Sequence record: ON529857.1
DNA length: 64,000 nucleotides
Strand: one strand, 5' to 3'
The notes beneath the pieces were generated by a model that searched no databases, was not told the origin of the DNA, and worked only from the letters and a program-made list of their open reading frames with translations. Positions 1 through 8,700 of the stretch are shown here, piece by piece (the first letter of the stretch is position 1; every line of letters begins with the position of its first letter). A program made the position numbers and the translations under genes.

Positions 1-240
1 CAGGATCGGCAGATCACGATGCGTGTCCCGCACCGGGTGCTGCATCTGGGCTTCCGCCACCAACCACTCCGCCTTCGCCGCCAGTTCGGTGTTATAGAAC
101 CACGGCTTAGGGTGGTGTTTCACCAGATCACCCAGTTTCACCGTCGGGTGAAAATAGGCGGAAAAGATCGTCGCCTTCTCCCCTTCGGTGAAGTCCAGGT
201 CGTAAAGATAAAGCTCACGCCAGTCAGCGACGACGACCAT
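1..240 (-). CDS. Hypothetical protein, partial (runs off the left edge)
   Basis: Not in the ORF track. Hand translation from ATG at 240 is open to base 1 (MVVVADWRELYLYDLDFTEGEKATIFSAYFHPTVKLGDLVKHHPKPW...). It overlaps the stop of the upstream gene. Confidence 0.6.
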   Translation of the reverse strand, partial: MVVVADWRELYLYDLDFTEGEKATIFSAYFHPTVKLGDLVKHHPKPWFYNTELAAKAEWLVAEAQMQHPVRDTHRDLPIL

Positions 241-490
241 TGCGAAACGCCCTTTCATTGATATCCGCCATGATCTCCAGGTCTCGCATGATCAGGGTCG
301 GATGATGGTGCGCCAGATAGGCGCGCATCGCGCCGTAGAGGTCGGCCAGCTCCACCAGGGCCATCACACGGCAGTCCTGGGCGCAGGCGTCTATGAACTC
401 GGCGCACTCTTCAGCGATCTTGGACGGTTGACCCAATTCGCCTTTGACGATGGGGGTCAGGTGATAGCCGGGGAGGAGTTCCGTATCCAT
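224..490 (-). CDS. Small MazG/NTP-pyrophosphohydrolase-like protein
   Basis: GGAGGAG precedes ATG at 490, so the start is moved from 517. The KIAEECAEF...VELADL acidic helical pattern resembles the all-alpha NTP-PPase fold. Confidence 0.5.
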   Translation of the reverse strand: MDTELLPGYHLTPIVKGELGQPSKIAEECAEFIDACAQDCRVMALVELADLYGAMRAYLAHHHPTLIMRDLEIMADINERAFRNGRRR

Positions 491-548
491 ACTCCTCCCT
501 AACCATTTCAATATCATCCGTCAATAATCCCAACGCACTTTGTTGGGA

Positions 549-1631
549 TTACTGGGTGACCTTCCACCCAAACTCAGCGGCGTTGACTTCCGCGATCGTC
601 CAGTTGCCGCCGCCAGGGCGCGGCACGATGGACTGCTCGGCCCGGTAAGCCGTCGTCATATCGATCATGACCGCTCGGGGCGTGCCGTCCGCTTCCGTGC
701 CCGACAGGCGTGCGACAGGCGCCACCTTGCGCGGCGACATGCCGGTGGTCTTCATCGTCGTCACCGCGACAACCGCATGCACCGTCGCTGACGTGGCCGT
801 CGAATCCGCGAAGACATAGGTGTCCTTATTGCCCACCGTGTTGATCGCCGTATAGGAGGTGTTACCGTTCGGGGCGACTTCCGACACCGCCTGCCAGGGC
901 GTCGCCGCCCCCGTCGCGGTCGACTGCGTCGTGGTGCCCGGCCCGGTCGGCCGCAGGGTCTCCATCACGATGTCGCCCAGGAAACCGTTCATCGTCGATC
1001 CCGATGAATCCAGAATCAGGAAGTCATCCAGCCGCCAGTGCGTGCTGGTGTGATACCCTACAGTATAGACTGTCTTGGCTCCCGCCGTATAAAGGTCACC
1101 CGTGAAACTGATCACGGTTTCGCCATTGACGCGGATTTCCGCCGTCGCTCCGACATCGTCAATGTTCGCGACACGCATCTCAATCCGCTTCCACTCCGTC
1201 AAGGGCAGCGGCGTGGTGGCGGTCGCCATAAGGGTGCCGGTTCGATAAAGAGAGATGCAGTTGTTCGTGTCGATCGATGCGGTGATCCACGTCTCCGTCG
1301 CCACCGCCCAGGGACCACTACCCGAAGTCGGCGCTTGAGGTCCGATATTGTAGACGCTCATCACAGGCCGTACAACAGCTGGAGTATTATCCAGGTAGAC
1401 GCTCACGCTACAGATCACAGCGTCCTGCCCCACCCCCGCCAAGGGCGTCGGAAGCATCTTGGACAACATCCCCTGGTTCGAGCTCGTGCGGTTGATGCAG
1501 GGTCCACCCAGCCTTCCACCGGTCGCAAGAATCGCCATGTAACTGGAGCTAGACGTATAGGCGTCCCAGCGGTAAGTCAGGTCCGCAATAGCGGTGACAG
1601 AATCCATAGGGTCGCTAAAAATATGAGCCAT
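549..1631 (-). CDS. Virion/tail-associated protein, beta-rich (lectin-like)
   Basis: True start is MAHIFSD at 1631 (TAATG overlap with the upstream stop). Thr/Gly/Val-rich beta composition; last gene of the tail-fibre cluster. Confidence 0.65.
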   Translation of the reverse strand: MAHIFSDPMDSVTAIADLTYRWDAYTSSSSYMAILATGGRLGGPCINRTSSNQGMLSKMLPTPLAGVGQDAVICSVSVYLDNTPAVVRPVMSVYNIGPQAPTSGSGPWAVATETWITASIDTNNCISLYRTGTLMATATTPLPLTEWKRIEMRVANIDDVGATAEIRVNGETVISFTGDLYTAGAKTVYTVGYHTSTHWRLDDFLILDSSGSTMNGFLGDIVMETLRPTGPGTTTQSTATGAATPWQAVSEVAPNGNTSYTAINTVGNKDTYVFADSTATSATVHAVVAVTTMKTTGMSPRKVAPVARLSGTEADGTPRAVMIDMTTAYRAEQSIVPRPGGGNWTIAEVNAAEFGWKVTQ

Positions 1632-2704
1632 TAAGTTGGACTCCGAATGATAGTGATGTCTTGATGTGACGTTAGGACGGAATCCGCCAATCGATACTGC
1701 ACACAACTGATGTTAAAATGTGTAACCCTGGCCGCAGCCGCAGCGCGTTGCGCGATGACGTTGACGTATTCCTGGGTCAATCGAATGGGCTGAGGATCAT
1801 CCGGGTAAGCGTGAATCACCAAAGCGCCCGGATATCCCGCAACCCCACGCGCCCCGCCATAGCCGATAGAATTTCCAGGGTAGTCTGAATCAGTAATATT
1901 GGCAGGCACCGTTGTGACATCATCGCTGGCGAACTTGGGCGGCTGATGGAACGCGTCCGAAGGGACGATGTAGGATGACCCTCCACCGCCATGCCCCGTA
2001 TAGAGGCTATCCTGAAAATAGGCGCCGCCCCCGCCGTAGTAACCGCCGCCGCCCCCGCCGCCCGCGCGATTTTCGACTGTATCGATCGCATTGGCGTAAC
2101 CTCTCCCTCCTTGCAGAAATCCACCGCGTCCCGCCGGATTCTCGATGAGCGCCGCTTCAGGCAGCGGCACGCCTCCGGATGTCGGACTGCCTCCCGTCGC
2201 CTGGGCGGAACTTCCTCCGAAAGATGCGTTCAATCCGCCCGCAATCCCGCCCCGTCCTGCACCCGCAAGATACAAGCCCCCGCCGCCGCCGCCCGCCGCA
2301 ACCAAGGACAGGACGCCGGACTTCCAGAACATGGTGGAGCCGCCGCCGCCGCTTGCGATCGAACCTCGACCGCGACCCCCATTCCCGCCATCGGGCCAGC
2401 CGCCATATCCCCCGCGCCCGGTCACGCCCAACTCACCGCCGTTACCGACTTGGATCGCGACAACCTCCCCAGGCGTGACTTCGAACATATGGTTCACATA
2501 TCCGCCTGCCCCGCCGGCGCCCCATAGATCGGTGCGCGCCGGTCCTGCCCCGCCGGCGCCCCAGGCTTTGATTTCAATCAGTCGGCATCCTTCTGGAATG
2601 CGGCGAAGTTCCCGCAACCGCGTAAAGGTGAACAAGGTCATCCCCATCGCCAGCACAGGCGCCAGCGCAGATCGAGCCGCTGCGTAAAATCCTGGGATAA
2701 TCAT
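1631..2704 (-). CDS. Glycine-rich domain tail-fibre-associated protein
   Basis: IKAWGAGGAG...GGWPDGG...GGGGGGYYGGGG glycine-rich domain; coupled to the tail fibre by a TGATG overlap. Confidence 0.8.
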   Translation of the reverse strand: MIIPGFYAAARSALAPVLAMGMTLFTFTRLRELRRIPEGCRLIEIKAWGAGGAGPARTDLWGAGGAGGYVNHMFEVTPGEVVAIQVGNGGELGVTGRGGYGGWPDGGNGGRGRGSIASGGGGSTMFWKSGVLSLVAAGGGGGGLYLAGAGRGGIAGGLNASFGGSSAQATGGSPTSGGVPLPEAALIENPAGRGGFLQGGRGYANAIDTVENRAGGGGGGGYYGGGGAYFQDSLYTGHGGGGSSYIVPSDAFHQPPKFASDDVTTVPANITDSDYPGNSIGYGGARGVAGYPGALVIHAYPDDPQPIRLTQEYVNVIAQRAAAAARVTHFNISCVQYRLADSVLTSHQDITIIRSPT

Positions 2705-5700
2705 CAGACAGGCTCCAGATCACCGAAGAGAGACCAGACGTTCGTCGCGATTTGCACCAGAGACGCGACGGAGTTCTGCCGGCGCAACCTCGGCTGCATG
2801 TCATCGGGATATTCCAGCGCGACCCCGCTTCCAGCCAAGATCGTGACCCGTCCAATCCCACCACGCTGCAACGAGAACGAAGCGCCGATCGGGAAGGGCA
2901 CGTCGCTATTAGGTGGGATGGTGACGGTCTTGTCCGCCGACGACGTGATCTTCCGATATGCCCGCCGATCTTGAGCCGTGAGCAAATAATCCGGATCACC
3001 ATCGCCTTGAAGCGTGACCTTCAGGAGGTCCATCAGGGCGAGCGCATCCACGTCATCGGACGTCGCCAGGCGCCTCCAACCTTGCACATAAGGCGGCGCC
3101 AACACCACGATCAGACCGTCGCCGCCGTTAGGCGCAGGTCCCGTCACGTTTTCAGTGGGATAGCCCACGCCGACATTGACTTGGTAGTGTTCGTCCGCCG
3201 TGTGCGGCGGTACGAGCCGATCCCCCGCCTCCGTGACGCCGGTGGCGCCTGCGGCCAGGTTCAAATATCCCGAGCCGCCGCCTCCGGGTTGCCCATCACC
3301 GCCGCCGCCGCCGCCGCCATAATACCCGCCGCCGCCGCCGCCGCCGTCATCCGTCGAGCTCGTAAAGCGATCCACAGCGGCGGTGCCTTGCCCGCCTTGC
3401 AGATAGCCGCCGCGCTTCGGAGCACTCGCGGAATCATTTCCGTCATAGCCCCCCGCAGTCTGCGTGCCTCCAGTCCCGCCGTTCGACGTCGAACTCGATT
3501 GCCCCGTATCGCCGCCGCCTGCGCCCGCGTTCGTGGCTGTATATCCGGAGCCGCCGCCGCCGCCGCCGGCAACCGCCATGAGCACGCCATTGCGCCACAC
3601 ACGCGCCGATCCACCGCCGCCGCCGCCGGCCGTATCGCCCAATCCCCCGAAGCCGCCATCGGGCCAGCCGCCAGCGCCGCCGTAGTTCGAGCGATATCCG
3701 CCCTGGCCGCCTGACGGCACATCCAGTTCGATCAGGTCTCCCTCATTGACTGCAAAGGTAACTTGCGTGAAACCGCCCGCTGCCGGATTGCCGCCCGTGG
3801 AATAACGACCCGTGCCGCCGCCGCCACCCCACAGCTTGAACGTCAAGGAGCTGACCTGGGGGCCGACAACGAACGATTGCCGGGTGCCGGTCGCCGTATA
3901 ATACGTCGGCGCCGTCGATCCCGCCGGCACCAGGGTCGAGACCCAAGCGTTGCCCGCGCTATCGCGTTGTTGATAGACCTTGCCCAAGGGCGCCGTCGCC
4001 GTGGGCTCGCCCGTCCCCGAGAACTCCCCTTCGGCAGCCTCAGGAGACCACGCCCCATCGCGATAGGTCAGCACCTGACCGTTACCGGGAGCTGTCGACG
4101 TGACGTCAGTCAGGTCGTCCAGCGCAATGTTGCCGGTATACGGCCGCCAACCCTCCTCAAAGGTCGCCGGGCCGTTGTCCAGCAGGATCGTCACATAGCC
4201 CGCTTCGGACGCCCCCGTAAAGGTCGCCTTAGGGGCAATCGACGTTCCAGCCGCCGCCGCCGCACTCGTTGCGACGTAGACGCGGTTTCCGCCTCCCGTC
4301 GGCGCCACGCCGGACGACAACGTCGTCCACGGCGCGTCCGGCGTCAATGTCGAGGAATTCGGCCGGGTCACATAGAGACCCAGTCCCAAGCCGTCATGCA
4401 GGGCGCGCGCCGTCAGAGGCGCGCGCGCCATTCCGGAAGCCGCCGAGGAATAGGAGGTGTCATCCTCCCACACGACGCCCTGGAAGCTCTCGGACCAGGT
4501 CGACATACCGGCGATCTCATAAATCACCATGGCCCCGGCGCCGATTTGACCGCCGCCCGACACAAACGGCGTTTGAGCCGCCGGTTCCGCGCTCACCGCT
4601 TGCTTATAGGCCACGGAGGGGCGCACACGGGTCGAGCCGGAGACCGGCGACCCAGGCAGCAACGTCCACCCAGACCCCGCCGTCGCGAGGGTCTGGTCGC
4701 ACAACAGCGCCACGAGCCAATTCCCCGCCGTAGGGGCAGCGGGCAAGGTCGCCGTAATCGGCTGCGCCGACGTCGCCGAGTTGTACGCATCCGACAGGAT
4801 ATGCTGAACAACCGTCGGCGCGGGGGCGACAGTGGGAACATCCTTCAGGCTCTGCGAAATTTGGCCGGTGACTTCGTCGATATAAAGCGACCCAGACGGA
4901 CGTGGCGTAGTCGGCCCGCCTTGTCCCGAGCCGATCATGGCGTTGTCGAGAAACAGTCCATCCGCCGAACCCGCCGGCAACGGGCGCCACTTGCCCGCCT
5001 GATAACGCAGGACATCGTTTTCACCCGGCCCGCCGACCGGCATCTCGACATCGCCGATATCCGCCATATAGACGGTGCCGCCGGACGACGCCGGAAGCTC
5101 CTTCGCACGCCACACGCCATTATCGTAGGTCAGGACATAGTCTTGAACCGGCGTGCCCAGGGTGACGTCAGACAGATCGTCGAGCGCTTCCGGGGGATTG
5201 ATGGCGTAGTCGCTCTCAATCACCTCCAGCTCGGCCCAACTACGGGCCAGGATGGAGTTGACTCCTGCGATATTGCTGTTGGCGCGAATCTCGAAATAAT
5301 CGCCAGGCACGACGCTGATCACAGGCGTCGAAACGGTCATTTCGTTGTTGATGTAGCCATTCAGTGACGAGTTTCGGGCCGTCGTCCGAGTCACTTTGAG
5401 GGCCACACCATTACGGTAAATGTCCGCGTAATTGGAGCCGGCACCGGCGACGCTGGTGAAGGCGACAAACGCCGTCACCCGCACCTTAGTGATGCCGGAC
5501 GGAATCGTCAGGCGGGTCGGCGCGGAGGTCGTAAAGAACCCATCCGTATCGGACGTTTCAGCTTGCCATGGTACGGTGGTCGGGAAGGTGACGCTGGTCA
5601 GATCGGTGGTGCGCTCAACCAGAGCGCCGCGCCACGGCGCCGTCCAGTTGCTGGTGTTCTCCGCCCCCGTCGTCGGCGGGGCAGATCGCCATTGCCCTCC

Positions 5701-8700
5701 CACACGCGTGAGCACTTCACCGTCCGAAGGTGCGGTGGGGAAGCTGACGTCCGTCAGGTCGCCGAGGGAGTCATGGCCGAACTCCATGCCGGACTCATCG
5801 GACTTGACCCGAACAGGTTTACCTGCCTGCCCGATATAGGAAGGCGGCGCATCCGCCAGATCGGTGAAGAAGAGGTCCATCGGAGCGTGGAACTGGCGCG
5901 TCTGGTTGGGCGCCCAGCCCGTTTGTCCCGTCACCGTCCAAGCGGTCGTCCAGGTCGACCCATCATCCGACCATTGAACCTTGAAGGCGCGCGGAGACCG
6001 GGTCGGATAGTCCTGCGACCCCTTGAGGTCCAGATAACGCACCTCCACCGGAGCCGGGAAGGCGTAGGCGATCCACTGACCCACCGGATTGCCGGCGGCC
6101 GAGAACCAGGCGCCGCCCGTCACGCCGTCAAACGCCCCTTCTGGACCCTGACTTGAAGACTGCGAAGACGAGGCGGTCGCGGTTCCACCCGTCGCCAGCT
6201 GCGGCCCCGTCTTGGTCTGACGGAACCAGATGTCCTGGATACCGACCTGGCTGGCGTCGCCATCTGTTTGATCAATCAGCAAGCGCCAGTGAGCGTGCGA
6301 CCCATTGGAAGGAACACCCGTGCCCTGGGGACTTTCATTGATCCACTGCCCAGCGCGGTAGACCAGAATCTGACCGGCGGCCGGCGTCGTCAGGGTGACG
6401 TCGGTCAGTGCATCGAGATTCCCCGCTGACGGGGTTTCGTTCATCCAGACGCCGCCCAGATAGGTCAACACCTGGCCCGCGACGGGCGCCGTCGTCCAAG
6501 GCCCGACATCGGGCAAATCGCTCAAAGCGGGATGAGCCGAAGCGATCTTGATCAACCCGGAGAAGGCGTCAAACGCGCCGTAGTTCATCGTGCCGGTTCG
6601 CGTCGAGCGCACCACCAGGCGCACAGAGCGCGTCAGAGGCGGCAGAGCATGATGCACGCTACCCAGCTGCCACGTCGTCGTCGTGGTGTAGGCAGGCGAC
6701 GCGCTGCTGGTGATCAGCGTTCCAGTCTCATTCAACGCTTCCAGCGTAACGAGCGCGGTCGATCCGTCCGTGTTGACCCGACCATAACGGAACGCAACAT
6801 CGACCGAGCCGCGCCCGATGTCGATATAGTCCCACAAAGCGGCGTCAATCGCGATGGTCTGCGCCATCTCACAAGGCGACGTGTTCTGCGTCGCGCGGAA
6901 AATTCGCGTCCCCTCAAACGGCGCGCCCAGCGAACCGGCGGAGGTCTCCGAGGTGAAAGCTCCTGCCGTATTGGTCCACCCGGTCATACCGTCTTCGGCG
7001 CCCGGATTGACGATCAGCAGGGCGATCTGTTGACGATCGGGGTCCAGCCCCGCTCCCTCGACAGCCTCCGCCTTCCAGGAACCGTCCCGATAAACCAGCG
7101 CCTGCCCGTTTTGCGGTGGAACCGTGAGGTCGACGTCGGTCAGTTCGTCAAGGGACTTCGCGCCCCCTTCACCTTCGACAAGGAAACGCGCCCAGCTCGG
7201 CTCCAGGTCATCCCCGTACGACCGGACGGCATCCACATAAAGGACACCATAGGCCCAATGCGACGATCCGGCCGCCACCGTCCCGTTCATCGTCAAGTCT
7301 TGAGTCGGCTCGGTGCCGTAGTTGGTGGCGGCGGCGATCGACAACGTACCGGTAGAATCGGTGACCGGCTCGTTGAAGAACTCGCCGTCCGTCGCGACGG
7401 GCGCAGCGCCGCCCAGCTGGAACATCGCGCCTACCGCGAACGTAAAGGGGGTGGTGGCGGGGGTGGTGTAAGGCGTAGGCGCAAACGACCCCGCCGTGGA
7501 GCCGACGGCCTGGGCGGCCTGATAGAAGTCCGCCCAGTTTTCCCCCAGGCCAGACACCTCGTAAATGGCGTAGGCGTCTTCAGGTCCGCTCTGGGTGGTG
7601 ATATCCAGAGGCCAATCTTCAGCGGCCTGCACCTTACGGTAGGCCACCGTGACCGACAGGTCGGCTCCAACACCCTGGTTGACGGTGGTCCAGCCCGGAG
7701 CCAACGTCACGGCGCCGTTCGAGCCCGAAGCGTAGATGAGGATCAACCAGTTGCCGGCGATGGGGTTTTCAGCATAGCCCCAGGAGACCGCGCCGGCGTT
7801 CTCAACGATGCGTCCGTATTCTTGCACCACACGCGGCGCCAAGCGCGGCGTCGCACGCGACACCATCAAATCACCGGGGTCATGACGCATATAGAGCGAC
7901 CCGGAAGGCATGGGCCAGGTCGGCGCGCCTTCACCGGACTCAATCCAGCGATCGTCAGTGATGCTGATCGGATATTCAGTACCGGGGCCGCCGCCATTTT
8001 CCGGCGTCCGCGCTTCCCAACGTCCGCTTCCTTCAACACCCGTGTCCACCCACGTCAGGACTTGCCCATTGACGGGGTCATAGGGGACATGAACATCCGA
8101 CAGCATGTCCAAGTGGAGCAAGCCAGGGCGCCAGACGCCCGGAAGGTCGATCTGGGGATAATAGATCAGGACGCTGTCGGCGCCCGGCGGCGTCGTGACG
8201 ACGTCCACGTCGCCCAAGTCGCCCAGGTCTTCCGGCACAACGGGCTTGTCGACGAATTCCAGCCCGCTTTCATCCGTCTTGACGTGGACCAGCTTTCCGG
8301 CCTGCCCGACATAGGTGTCGGGGGTATCGACATCGTCCAAGAAGCGGGTCGTCAGTCCCGGCCGCGTGTAGACGCGCGTCTGCGACGCGGCCCAGGCGGT
8401 CTGACCCGTCACGGACCAGGCGGTGTACCAGGCCACGCCGTCGTCAGAGTATTGAACCCGAAAGGCTTCCGGTGAATAGTTCGGCGCCCAGCCGGCGACG
8501 CTCGAAGCCGTCAGCGCCACTTCCTGGAGAGAAACCGGCGCAGCAAAGTGGTAGCCGATCCAGGCGTCCGGCAGGTAAGCGGTCCAAGCGTCTCCCACGG
8601 TGCCGTCGAAGGCTCCGTTGATGTTGCCCCCAGTGCCAATCGCAGTGCCGCCTGTCGCGCGTTGAGGGCCTCCCGGCACATCACGCATGACGACTTCAGC